A stretch of 34,864 nucleotides of DNA, taken from the NCBI GenBank assembly GCA_947644475.1, contig CANRZQ010000001.1:1-34864 (forward strand). Direction: 5' to 3'. This stretch comes from an uncultured Muribaculaceae bacterium (GTDB lineage: Bacteria; Bacteroidota; Bacteroidia; Bacteroidales; Muribaculaceae). The stretch's first letter is position 1; each line of letters opens with the position of its first letter. The translations under genes were made by a program, and so were the position numbers. Below the pieces are notes generated by a model. It had not been told where the DNA came from and did not search any database. It saw only the letters and a list, made by a program, of their open reading frames with translations. Positions 9,601 through 18,245 of the stretch are shown piece after piece.

Positions 9601-10491
9601 GTGTTCGAAAACTTTGTATGACACTCCGTTGACGGTGGTAGAGCCAATGCTTGTCAGGCCGGGGAAAGAGCCGAACGCGTCGCCGGAGGCGTATACTGCA
9701 AGAGCATCCCAGCCGGTGTGGTCTTCAACGAAGATGGAATGTTTCTCAACGCTCGGGTCGGCAAAAATGGCGGTAATCTCAATGTCGTCGAGTGCGAAGC
9801 CGGGGGCTTTGTTGGGAGATGATCCGGTAGCCACAGAGATGTTCCATGCGAGGTAGAGCGTGGAGCCGGGGGCTACATTTGCAAGAAGATTCTTTTTGGA
9901 TACCGCGGTGGTGGAGATTGGCACTACTTCTTCGCCAAGGGTTTTGCTGTCGGGGTCGAATTTAGTATAAAAGTCATCGCCTGCCGATGTCCAGCTGGTG
10001 CCGTCGGCCGATGTGTAAAGTTGAATTGCGAATCCGGCGGGGTTGTCGCCATTGCGGTATTTTTCTATATTATAAGAGATAGACAGACGTTCGACATCCA
10101 CATCGGCGTCGTTTCGGAGCGATGTCATCAAGTTGATGCAGCGGGTGCCGTTGTCGACAGTGGTGGTGAGGCCGCCTATGGCCCGGTCAGAGGGATCGGT
10201 GCTCGAGCCGAAGTTCCATGTGCCGTTTTTGGCATTGGAGGCCAGGCTTATTCCGCCTTCATACATTACAGATGTCGAGGCGTCGGAAAACGAGCCGACT
10301 GTGCGCGGAGCCTTTAAGTTTCGGTCGATTTTCCAGCCTTCGGGAAGAGACAGCCCGGTTGCCATGGCATCGAAATCCTGGGTCACAGTCGGAGATTGCG
10401 CCGAAAGCGACTGTTGGGCCTGTATGCATGGTGTGGCAGACAGGCCGGCAATCAGGGCAAGCCCGGATAAGAATGAGTTTAAATTCTGCAT
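6673..10491 (-). CDS. Secreted multidomain SGNH/GDSL (DUF4886-like) hydrolase with starch-binding-like (CBM26/SusE-F-like) modules and a T9SS C-terminal signal
   Basis: Signal peptide; SGNH blocks ILSLNNSL, WSHIILQEQS, DDRHP; CBM26-like YVIDNTGW..LYAYG..WPG..LIFNN; SusE/F-like IYLRGDVNSW and VYMVGDFNNW; CTD SGIDDV..EYYNLQG..IYI..K. Confidence 0.75.
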   Translation of the reverse strand: MQNLNSFLSGLALIAGLSATPCIQAQQSLSAQSPTVTQDFDAMATGLSLPEGWKIDRNLKAPRTVGSFSDASTSVMYEGGISLASNAKNGTWNFGSSTDPSDRAIGGLTTTVDNGTRCINLMTSLRNDADVDVERLSISYNIEKYRNGDNPAGFAIQLYTSADGTSWTSAGDDFYTKFDPDSKTLGEEVVPISTTAVSKKNLLANVAPGSTLYLAWNISVATGSSPNKAPGFALDDIEITAIFADPSVEKHSIFVEDHTGWDALAVYASGDAFGSFPGLTSIGSTTVNGVSYKVFEHTAKGNANIEINNTATTRLPAVAINASTDNYICATPTEATVIANPESYTGWVDPNKPVHVPSGIYLRGDVNSWSPVAEWEFSDLGNGEYILYDKTLSGAFKVADASWSSACNYGSNGTNIFPDTPYALKSGTDDNISCGSNVYAASEIRLTIANGSASLFIKSNDDPTGLTKVYMVGDFNNWNYMNTDGALTLDTADGLYKGFVSMPASANSNLSRWRIYQRLGMGGAWGASGADMTASSLSGSLVKGSTFNAAVAPGSYDVTFNLSTGEYTLTLKSAAVAGMTLNPAETVLVKALPEKVKILSLNNSLIYYNDQDAMFNDIARAMGKDAVWTKHTLLGKSLNTHWDEGEGLAADGTPSAKMLVRSEAWSHIILQEQSAVPRTNIEQFRASVKKWIEYIRANCPNPNAIIIIPMNWAYGSDWANFTEFNAQFARNYLDVATDAGIVICPVASAYQRIFEAEGSEGAAKLFLDDRHPTPKATYLAACMEYQLIFNENAFAINSHPASITDAEAASMRSYASATMNQFVNPVNHHNLTVDYSARLYDEYGIDVAPSEPFSFYANDGGTFSGSKFTANGSLGEYTITAASGQFSRTAKVRVAEAETVVITYPAIELNKDKLSAEENFDAIGNAAEATLPEGWRIDRQTVAPRTVGSYGVASEKTTYAGGVSLPANAKNGIWNFGDTQGSDRALGGITTGVANGTRAINLYAHLHNNGAKNIEKLNVAYDIEKYRKGNNPAGFAVQLYYSVDGRNWTSAGTDFYTKLEPDAATEGYAQVPGETVAVSATLPVDIERGCDLYLAWNISTASGDACNAAMALAIDNFSIAGSLPEVPVAEHYIYVIDNTGWASLGLYAYGDSEFYGAWPGQIVIDQREINGKTYKVFPLDTNTGNYTLIFNNWNNGKQTPDYSIIANRDHYFEITESEVKEVDPFSGIDDVNADFNADIEYYNLQGMKVAEPRRGQIYIARQGSKAAKVLFR

Positions 10492-10554
10492 TATTTTACG
10501 TTGTGATGATATTGATTAAGGAAATATATCGTAGGTCAGGAATGCTATCTGGTG

Positions 10555-10562
10555 CAAAGATA
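10555..10562 (-). promoter_or_regulatory. -7 promoter element of the 1272-aa gene
   Basis: TATCTTTG on the minus strand about 65 nt upstream of the ATG; no canonical -33 TTTG at 19-21 nt. Confidence 0.5.
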
Positions 10563-10695
10563 TGGCATTATGGACGATTTGTCACAACATAGTAAAATAA
10601 ATGTAGATAAACAATGCGTTTATATAATTGAATTATAAATAATTATGTGTTTTATGTGCAGACTAAAATGGAGATGGTGTGGAGATGGCTAAATA

Positions 10696-12252
10696 TTATA
10701 AATTCAGGATTTCGGCTTCAAAATTGTCACGGTTGATTGCTCTGTTACGCATTTTTGTGCGGTAGTTGTATACGGTAGAAGCCGAGCATCGCAGGAATCG
10801 GCATACACTCTCGCTGTCGGACACGCCAAGACGCAATAGCGCGTAAATGCGCAGTTCGGTATTGAGCCCTTCGCCTTTGCGCGTGGAAATTTCCTCGCCC
10901 GGACGCAGCAATTTATTGAAGTCTGCCACAAAATTTGGGAAAAGGCTTAGAAATGCCTCGTCGAATTTGTCGTAGAAGTCGGCAACTTCCTTGTTGATGT
11001 ATCTTGTAGACTTAATCGTGTCAAAGAGGGCGTCGAAGTCACGGCGGGCGGCGACACGATTTAGCTCGTTGCGGTATCGTTCCATCTTAGCGAGGTATTC
11101 GAGGCATAGGTTCATGAATCGTTTTATATATTCTTCTTTAATCGTGTCGCTTTGACATAGCCGTTCGTTAAGTATTTTCTGCTCGGCATTGGCCTCGGCC
11201 AGCCTTATATTCCGCTTACGGGCATATATCAGGCTGATGCCGAGGATTACTACCAGAAGCCCGATTATGATACACGTTATCGCCAGGCTGCGCCGCGCGC
11301 TTCGCTGAGCGTCTTCATAGGCTGAGTCGATAATAGGCAGCGACTCGCTCATTTCAAGCATGCGCATTTTTGCGTTGCAGGCTGTGGCGTCGGCAATGCT
11401 GTGGTGGATATAGCGGTAGGCGCGGTTGTAGTCGCCGTCCTCGTATAGCATTTTGGCGAGAGCCTGTAATGAGAGATATTCGCGCACACCATTGGTGATG
11501 TCGCATATCGCGCTAAGTGTCAGGTATTTGCGCCACATCTCGCGGTTGCCCTGTTGCTCATATATCTGTGCCATTATGTTATATTTCACTGCTGCATCCC
11601 GTGTGGAAAGGGTGTCGGGGGTGAGCGGCCCCAGAGCCGTGAGTGCGGCGTGGAAATTGCCTCGGTCGATGTGACGGTTGGCGAGGAGCACTTCGTTTCC
11701 CGGGTCGAGCATTATTGCCGAATCCCTGTAAGCCATCTTTTCAGCAGTGTATGCGGCTTTAAGGTCGTTGTCGAAGGAGTGTATGGCCAGATTGCGATAG
11801 ACTTGCACTCCGAGGCAGTAGTAGTTGAACAGCAAGGCTGAATCCAGCCGGTGGCGTGGCAATGCCCTGAAAATATCGTAAGCCTCCTTGTGCATCACAC
11901 CGGAAGTATTATACAGGAACGCACGGTTTATCATAGCATCTATAAGGCAGGATGTGTCGTTAAGTTCACGGGCTATTCTTTCGGCCTCCTTGATGTGGAC
12001 AAGGGCAGAATCGAGGTTGTAACTTGACATTTCGCCGTGGAGGTTCATCTCGGCATTCCACCTCTCCCGGGGCGAATTGGCAATGAGGAGCGTAGACCTC
12101 AGAGAATCGATGCGCAAATCTTTTGCCTGCGTATATGGGCTTTGGTTCTCGATTGCAGCATCGAGCCTTTTCAGCAGAGGCTCAATGTCGTTGGCGCGAA
12201 CTTGGATATTGAGAAGTATGGATATTGACAAAATGATACGGATGAGTTTCAT
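10696..12252 (-). CDS. SusR-like (DUF6377) membrane-spanning transcriptional regulator
   Basis: Signal peptide, TPR-like periplasmic region, one TM segment, then FDEAFLSLFPNFV..LNTELRIYALLRLG..STVYNYRTKMRNRA HTH. Confidence 0.88.
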   Translation of the reverse strand: MKLIRIILSISILLNIQVRANDIEPLLKRLDAAIENQSPYTQAKDLRIDSLRSTLLIANSPRERWNAEMNLHGEMSSYNLDSALVHIKEAERIARELNDTSCLIDAMINRAFLYNTSGVMHKEAYDIFRALPRHRLDSALLFNYYCLGVQVYRNLAIHSFDNDLKAAYTAEKMAYRDSAIMLDPGNEVLLANRHIDRGNFHAALTALGPLTPDTLSTRDAAVKYNIMAQIYEQQGNREMWRKYLTLSAICDITNGVREYLSLQALAKMLYEDGDYNRAYRYIHHSIADATACNAKMRMLEMSESLPIIDSAYEDAQRSARRSLAITCIIIGLLVVILGISLIYARKRNIRLAEANAEQKILNERLCQSDTIKEEYIKRFMNLCLEYLAKMERYRNELNRVAARRDFDALFDTIKSTRYINKEVADFYDKFDEAFLSLFPNFVADFNKLLRPGEEISTRKGEGLNTELRIYALLRLGVSDSESVCRFLRCSASTVYNYRTKMRNRAINRDNFEAEILNL

Positions 12253-12293
12253 GGAGATGGATTTGATTGGGCCGAGCAGGCGGCTAAGCCATG

Positions 12294-12353
12294 CAAAATT
12301 AAGGAAAAAATAGAATGTCGTGTTGTGGAGACCTGATTTTTTTCTTAATTTTG
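12294..12353. promoter_or_regulatory. Divergent -7 elements for the SusR-like and LMW-PTP genes
   Basis: TAATTTTG on the minus strand at 12301-12294 and on the plus strand at 12346-12353. Confidence 0.5.
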
Positions 12354-12380
12354 TAGATGTTTTCTAACTGATCAAATGTA

Positions 12381-12866
12381 ATGGATATGGACGAGCCGAA
12401 AAAACCGCGTAAAATACTATTTGTGTGCCTGGGCAACATATGCCGCTCGCCGGCCGCAGAAGGAGTGATGAAGAGCGTGCTCGAATCGGAAGGTGCCATG
12501 GGCTGGACCATTGACAGCGCGGGCACGGGCGGCTATCATGTCGGAGATTTGCCCGATTCGCGTATGCGTTCGGCAGCGCGTCGGCGTGGACTCGACCTGG
12601 TGCACAGATGCCGTCAGGTGCGTGAGCCGGATTTTGACGACTTCGATATTATAATAGGTATGGATGCCAATAATATGGCCAACTTGCGCCGTATGGCACC
12701 CACATCAGAGGCTGTGGCGAAACTCAAGCCCATGTCAGATTTCCTTCGTGCAGGTTGTGGCTACGATTATGTGCCGGATCCATATTATGAAGGGGCCGAA
12801 GGGTTTGAACTTGTGCTCGACCTGCTTGAAGACGGATGCCGGAATATTTATCAGGCGTATAAGTAG
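12381..12866 (+). CDS. Low-molecular-weight protein-tyrosine phosphatase
   Basis: P-loop VCLGNICRS, DSAGT and DPYY. Confidence 0.95.
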   Translation: MDMDEPKKPRKILFVCLGNICRSPAAEGVMKSVLESEGAMGWTIDSAGTGGYHVGDLPDSRMRSAARRRGLDLVHRCRQVREPDFDDFDIIIGMDANNMANLRRMAPTSEAVAKLKPMSDFLRAGCGYDYVPDPYYEGAEGFELVLDLLEDGCRNIYQAYK

Positions 12867-12867
12867 A

Positions 12868-13029
12868 ATGAATATTCCGTTGATAATAACAGGCGTGCTG
12901 ATTTGGCTGTCGCTGCCTCGGTTTATAAAGATTCCGTCGGACAGGAAACAGGAATTGCTCGGCAGAGTATGCAAGGTGGTTGGCATAGCCATGATTGCAG
13001 CCGGTGTCTTTTGGAGATTATTATGTTAA
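12868..13029 (+). CDS. Small 53-aa two-TM membrane protein
   Basis: ATG 1 nt after the PTP stop; MNIPLIITGVLIWLSLP...VVGIAMIAAGVFWRLLC has two hydrophobic segments. Confidence 0.55.
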   Translation: MNIPLIITGVLIWLSLPRFIKIPSDRKQELLGRVCKVVGIAMIAAGVFWRLLC

Positions 13030-13227
13030 TAAATTTAAATACAACCTATGATTTGCTTAATAAAAGTTAAAAGGCGGAGTATTTTTTGACAATGATATAA
13101 CAAAATTGTGTCAACATTTTTAAGTCAACCTTAAATAGTGTTTAATTTGCATCGAAATTAATTCAACTCATCACATCCGCAACCCTTTCAATTGCCATAT
13201 AATATGTACTCGACCGGACCATTAGGT

Positions 13228-13932
13228 ATGATCTTGATAATCGATGATGATACAAACATCACCGATTTGTTGAAATTCAATTTGGGCTCGGAGGGTTTTG
13301 GCATAACGGTTTTCACGGATCCTGCCGATGTGATAGTCACCGATTATCCCGATTTGCGCCTTATCATAGCAGATGCCATGTCGATGGAATATACCGGGCT
13401 TGATTTGTGCCGGGAAATGAAAATGGATCCTGCCACAGCCGGAATTCCATTTATAATTTGCTCGGAGAGCGACGGGGAGGACTCCATAATCGAGGCTTTC
13501 GACGGAGGTGCCGACGATTACATCGTGAAACCGTTCTCGCTGCGCGAGATGGTGGCCCGTATCAAAGCCATGTTGCGCCGTTTCCCCGGCAAGCAGAAAG
13601 GCGATGGCATCCAGCGCAGGGACTCACGGGAGATAGTGTTTGCCCCCACAGGGCTTTGCGTGGATACAACCACACAGCATGTGACCGAAAACGGCACTCC
13701 TGTTGCTTTGACCAAAACGGAATATGCCATACTGATATTTCTGTTGCGCAACCAAAGTTGCTTCTTCTCACGCAACGAAATATGCGCAGAGGTGTGGAAA
13801 GACGATGCCACGGTGAACGCCCGCATTGTTGACACAAATATATCCCGCCTCCGAAAGAAACTCGGAAAGACCGGAAGTTATATAATTAACCGGTACGGAA
13901 TGGGATATGCATTCGTGAAAGAACTGATCTGA
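13228..13932 (+). CDS. OmpR/PhoB-family response regulator (no adjacent kinase)
   Basis: [22 protein letters not shown] and w[31 protein letters not shown] at 13228 is preferred as start. Confidence 0.92.
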   Translation: MILIIDDDTNITDLLKFNLGSEGFGITVFTDPADVIVTDYPDLRLIIADAMSMEYTGLDLCREMKMDPATAGIPFIICSESDGEDSIIEAFDGGADDYIVKPFSLREMVARIKAMLRRFPGKQKGDGIQRRDSREIVFAPTGLCVDTTTQHVTENGTPVALTKTEYAILIFLLRNQSCFFSRNEICAEVWKDDATVNARIVDTNISRLRKKLGKTGSYIINRYGMGYAFVKELI

Positions 13933-13937
13933 CCGAT

Positions 13938-14534
13938 ATGCTCCCCACATGCCATACTGCCGGCGTAAACGAGGCCGGCACGGACGAAGCCGGGCGTGGC
14001 TGTCTGGCCGGGGCGGTGTATGCGGCGGCGGTGATTCTTCCTGATGATTTCACACATCCCCTTCTTAACGACTCAAAGCAACTTACCGAGCGACAGCGCG
14101 AGACGCTTCGACCTGTCATAGAGGCTGAGGCCGTTGCCTGGGCTGTCGGAGTGGTTACAGCCGCAGAAATTGACAAAATCAACATTCTCAGGGCCTCGAT
14201 ACTGGCCATGCACCGCGCTCTCGACGGCCTGAAAGTACGTCCCGGCGCGATAATAGTCGACGGCAACCGTTTTTCACCGTATGGCGAAGTGCCGAGCATG
14301 ACTTTTGTAAAAGGCGACGGACGTTTTGCCAATATTGCCGCTGCGTCGATTCTTGCGAAAACACATCGTGACCAATATATGCGCGAACTCCACGAGCGCT
14401 ATCCTGTCTACGGCTGGGATGTAAACAAAGGTTATCCCACCAAGGCCCATCGTGCGGCCATCGAGGCCTACGGCCCCAGCCCGGAGCACCGCATGTCGTT
14501 CCGCCTGCTCAATCCCCAGCTCACCCTGTTCTGA
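13938..14534 (+). CDS. rnhB: Ribonuclease HII
   Basis: [38 protein letters not shown] and HRMSF. Confidence 0.97.
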   Translation: MLPTCHTAGVNEAGTDEAGRGCLAGAVYAAAVILPDDFTHPLLNDSKQLTERQRETLRPVIEAEAVAWAVGVVTAAEIDKINILRASILAMHRALDGLKVRPGAIIVDGNRFSPYGEVPSMTFVKGDGRFANIAAASILAKTHRDQYMRELHERYPVYGWDVNKGYPTKAHRAAIEAYGPSPEHRMSFRLLNPQLTLF

Positions 14535-14565
14535 AAAAAGGAAAAGAGTATATCAAATTTTCAAG

Positions 14566-14919
14566 TGGAAGGGATGCGGCCCGAGCGTCCGCCGGGGCTG
14601 CACCGTGCCGGTTCAGGTAAGCCATCGCCAAGAAGAGGAAGCGCGTATGCGCTTCAAGACATTAGCCGTGGGTGGAGCGATAGCGTAACCTACGGTATGG
14701 GCATTGGAATCATTCATGGCATTGGAGCGGTTTGTAGGGGCGTGATAAATCACGCCCTAATCGGATATAAAAAATGCTGGCGCGATTTATCGCGCCCCTA
14801 CCTCAGGTTGGCATTGTCGAACGCACCGGCCGGCCTTCGCTCCAATACATTAATGAATAACATTCCACAATCCCCAGGGCTTGCGCCCTGCGCTACAATA
14901 TTTGTCTCCTAACGGAGAT
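14566..14919. repeat. Cluster of REP-like palindromes, including an inverted GTAG-REP pair
   Basis: GTAGGGGCGTGATAAATCACGCCC (14734-14757) and an inverted copy GGCGCGATTTATCGCGCCCCTAC (14779-14801), enclosed by two-hairpin units at 14638-14695 (+) and 14872-14919 (-). Confidence 0.75.
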
Positions 14920-14948
14920 GCAATGCACCGTATTTTCGGCTTGTGCCA

Positions 14949-16010
14949 TTATTGGTCGGATATGGTTATGAAGGAGATGTCGGCGAAATGGGATGCGCCG
15001 ACTTCTTCGCCTTTGAGAATTGCCGGTTTTTCGATAAGGTGATTTGAAGTCAAAAGGGATAGGAGGTCCCACATCACCTCATGGTAGAAAATTACAGAGG
15101 CTTCGTCGTGTGAGGAAATTTTGTATGCGGATGCAATGGTTGGAGCGTATTTTTTAACGGCATCGCTGAGTTGCGAAGTGATTTCATTGCATAGGGTGTC
15201 GATTTCGTCTCCATTTCCACTTTTTAGGACAGGAATTGTCGGATTGCCCTTGGAGTCGACTAAATTCCATTTAATAAGGTTTGTTTTCAGTTCATCATCG
15301 GAAATGGGGAGTTCGTTGTTCATGATGCAACGTGCAAAATCTGATAACGTTTTATGGCTTGGCCAATATCCAAGGTCGTCGGTCCAATTTACTTTAAGAG
15401 GGCCGTATCCATTTGTCCCGTCGCTGTCGTTTGTGCGTTTGTCATACATAGCCCAGTAGACGCCTGACCATGTGCCATGGCTTCCAATGTTATTGGGAAC
15501 GGGGAGTTTGCCTTCATTCCAAATATACCCGTCGAGCAAATATGAGAAAATCAAGGAATATGTCTGTGCTGTATATCCTTTCATCTTGAAGGTAGAAATT
15601 AATTCTTTGATTTTCGGTTCTATGACCGGGTAAACGCTGTCGGCGAAATTCTTTGATACCGTCCTGATTTCAGTAGTCTGCCTTTTATCAAGAATAGGCA
15701 TTTTGGTGGTGAACACGCCATCGGCGGAGGTGAGTAAATCGCCTGCCATCAAAAGTCGGAGTTGACTTTCGTTGTATGGTATATTGAGAGAGTCAAGCCG
15801 AGATTTTGTTCCCGGGGTTCGGAATGAGCACAGGATATCCCAATTATTGTCGGCAATATATTGGCTTGGGTGAAATGTGGTGTATGAACAAAATGCAGTC
15901 TTTGAAAAATCCTTGAATGGCCGTCCTAAAATTGAATCGTTGCCGGTTTGTAGAGCGAATGTGTTGAAAGAGGATATAATTGCTAAAATGAAAATATAAA
16001 ACTTATTCAT
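14949..16010 (-). CDS. Secreted hypothetical protein (AT-rich)
   Basis: 353-aa ORF with a signal peptide and its own -7 element TACATTTG (16065-16058); no family recognised. Confidence 0.8.
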   Translation of the reverse strand: MNKFYIFILAIISSFNTFALQTGNDSILGRPFKDFSKTAFCSYTTFHPSQYIADNNWDILCSFRTPGTKSRLDSLNIPYNESQLRLLMAGDLLTSADGVFTTKMPILDKRQTTEIRTVSKNFADSVYPVIEPKIKELISTFKMKGYTAQTYSLIFSYLLDGYIWNEGKLPVPNNIGSHGTWSGVYWAMYDKRTNDSDGTNGYGPLKVNWTDDLGYWPSHKTLSDFARCIMNNELPISDDELKTNLIKWNLVDSKGNPTIPVLKSGNGDEIDTLCNEITSQLSDAVKKYAPTIASAYKISSHDEASVIFYHEVMWDLLSLLTSNHLIEKPAILKGEEVGASHFADISFITISDQ

Positions 16011-16102
16011 AGGCTAAATATAAATCTGTATGTGCCGGAATTTTGGTTTTTAATTTACAAATGTACAACAAAATTTTGATATTTGGTGATTTTAGTGAAA
16101 AT

Positions 16103-16144
16103 AAAAAAACAGGCCGCTAAAAAAATTTCAGCAGCCTGTTTTTT
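16103..16144 (-). terminator. Probably bidirectional intrinsic terminator after the nitroreductase operon
   Basis: aaaaaacaggccgct...agcagcctgtttttt, with A/T tracts on both sides. Confidence 0.7.
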
Positions 16145-16164
16145 CAGGGGGAGTTGTGGATGAA

Positions 16165-16797
16165 TTATTGCACTGTGTTCCAGCCGTTGTAATGGATGTT
16201 GGCTGGGGTGTACTTGTCTTTGGGCTGATTGTCGCCGGCGGGATAACCGAACGGTACGGCGGCCAGGGGAATGATATTTTCGGGGAGGGAAAGACGTTCG
16301 CGTACGCCGTTGACACGCTCCATGTCGGGGTAGACGCCTGTCCATACTGCGCCGAGGCCAAGAGCGTGGGCGGCGAGAAGCAGATTTTCAGTGGCGGCGG
16401 AGACGTCTTGAATCCAGAAACCGCGGTCGGCGGTTTCCCCGTCGCATACTTTTGAGAGGTCGGCGCATGTGATTATAGCCATAGGCGCATTATTGAGGCC
16501 CGACCAGGGGAGGCAAGTGGCCACGGAGTCGAGGACGGCGCGCTCGGTGAGCACGACAAAAGCCCAGGGTTGTTTGTTCATGGCGGTGGGGGCAGACATG
16601 GCTGCGCGAAGGATCATGTCGACAGTGTCGGCGGAAACAGTGCGGTCCAAATCCCACTGGCGCACTGATGTGCGGGTGAGAATCGACTGATAGGCGCAGT
16701 TCTCAGTTGAGTTAGAATCCTGCTGTGCCGGTGATTCAGATTTTGTGCAACTTGCAAGGGCAAGTGCAGCGGCTGCGATAAAAAGAAATTTTTTCAT
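16165..16797 (-). CDS. Nitroreductase-family lipoprotein
   Basis: Lipobox LASC; TRTSVRQW, APTAMNKQPW, ENLLLAAHALGLGAVW and PFGYP. Confidence 0.9.
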   Translation of the reverse strand: MKKFLFIAAAALALASCTKSESPAQQDSNSTENCAYQSILTRTSVRQWDLDRTVSADTVDMILRAAMSAPTAMNKQPWAFVVLTERAVLDSVATCLPWSGLNNAPMAIITCADLSKVCDGETADRGFWIQDVSAATENLLLAAHALGLGAVWTGVYPDMERVNGVRERLSLPENIIPLAAVPFGYPAGDNQPKDKYTPANIHYNGWNTVQ

Positions 16798-16818
16798 AAT
16801 AAATTTATTTATGGATTA

Positions 16819-17700
16819 TTAGGGTTCGGGTGTGATTGCTTCCACGGCTTTTTTTGAAAAGTCGAGTGTGTAGTAAAAGGTGAACGAGCCAGTTATGGCT
16901 CCTTGACGAGAGCCGTAGCCGGGAATATACCATGGCTTGCCATACGCGGCCTTCGATTCATGGAGCAGCTGGTGGTAGCGTAACGTCCATCCGGCAGAAA
17001 TCGGCCCCCAGAGTTTTACGCGCAGTCCGATGGCAAGTTCCCACCAGCCTACGGTGGAATGTTGCGTCGGGATTTCCGGATGGGCCGTCTCGCCCCAGTA
17101 GTCGGAATTGATAGAAATGTCGGTTATAGAATATGAGAATGGCGAAAAGCCGTATCTCATACCGAGTGTAAACTGATAGTCGGGCGATGAGTTATAGAGG
17201 AAATTATAGTCGCATCCAAGCCGGAAATAGACGCTGAGCGGCGACTTATATGTGAAATTATTGTCGGCGGGAGTATTCTTTGCCATGCCGAGGCCGGTTT
17301 CGAACACAGGCTGGTAGCGGTTGTGGAGATTTACTTTTGCCGAAAAGTCAATCAGCCCGTAATGCTGTTTGAAAGCGCGCATCACGGGATTCCAGATGTC
17401 AACGCCAACGCTCACGGAAGACAGCAGCGGGTATTTCATCGGAATCTTTTGAAGCATCGCCGTAGAGTCGCGCCATTCGCGCCCGGTCACGGTGTCGATA
17501 TAGATTATGTTTCCGTTTTCGTCGTGATAGTGAGCCATCGATGCGCGGATACGTGCGTTGATGCGCGCGGTGTCGTTGGCCAGTTCGTTCACCGGCCGCG
17601 TGGTTGTAGCCGGAGTCTCTACGGGATTTATGCGCCTCTGGCCCCACATCGCCATCGACACGGTACACATTATTAATATATAAAGCAGACGCATGTTCAC
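16819..17700 (-). CDS. DUF6048-family protein (probable outer-membrane beta-barrel)
   Basis: Signal peptide, alternating aromatic beta-strands and PWYIPGYG. Start is GTG 17700 or ATG 17694. Confidence 0.75.
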   Translation of the reverse strand: MNMRLLYILIMCTVSMAMWGQRRINPVETPATTTRPVNELANDTARINARIRASMAHYHDENGNIIYIDTVTGREWRDSTAMLQKIPMKYPLLSSVSVGVDIWNPVMRAFKQHYGLIDFSAKVNLHNRYQPVFETGLGMAKNTPADNNFTYKSPLSVYFRLGCDYNFLYNSSPDYQFTLGMRYGFSPFSYSITDISINSDYWGETAHPEIPTQHSTVGWWELAIGLRVKLWGPISAGWTLRYHQLLHESKAAYGKPWYIPGYGSRQGAITGSFTFYYTLDFSKKAVEAITPEP

Positions 17701-18245
17701 GATTGTGGGGTTTCTTGGGGTTGGTCTTGGGGTTGGTCTTCCGGCTCATCGTTGGACGATGTGCGGAAGAAAATTTTTATTCTCTCGATGTCGATATTCG
17801 TGATAAGCGAGTCGGTTATTGCGATTGAGTCGATAAGGTTGCGGGTATATTGGCAGCCGGTTATGCGGTAGCGGTATATTACGCCACATTCCTCGGAGGC
17901 AAAATACGGGCTTGCTGTGTAATTGAGGTCGATGCGGTCGACAAGGTCGAGGTTGTCAAGGTTTTTCCATTTGTATGAGATAAACCACATTACATTGTCT
18001 TTCGTCGCTCTCATCGGCAGGTATATCTGCGATATAGATGTGCCGGGAGCCGAGAGAATGGAGTCGCCGGGAGCGTCGGCGCCGTATATTTCCAGGGAGT
18101 CGAGAGATATTGACTTTTCGGTCGCAGAGTCGTAGAATCCGGCGAGGGGCACCGACGAGCGGTTTTCAAGGCAGCCCGATGTGTTGCAGCCTGAGAAGGC
18201 GGCAAGCAGGCATATCACTGCTAATATGGAAGTCAATCGACCCAT
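17697..18245 (-). CDS. DUF6452-family lipoprotein
   Basis: Lipobox FSGC; PYFASEECG and IDSIAI..IKIFF; usual pairing with DUF6048. Confidence 0.75.
   Translation of the reverse strand: MGRLTSILAVICLLAAFSGCNTSGCLENRSSVPLAGFYDSATEKSISLDSLEIYGADAPGDSILSAPGTSISQIYLPMRATKDNVMWFISYKWKNLDNLDLVDRIDLNYTASPYFASEECGVIYRYRITGCQYTRNLIDSIAITDSLITNIDIERIKIFFRTSSNDEPEDQPQDQPQETPQS

Noticed and set aside
14565-14912. 115-aa ORF in the rnhB 3' gap
   Set aside because: Non-ATG start, runs through palindromic repeats and has no transposase (HUH) motif.
17705-17745. 12-bp repeat encoding DQPQDQPQE
   Set aside because: Ordinary low-complexity tail of the DUF6452 protein.
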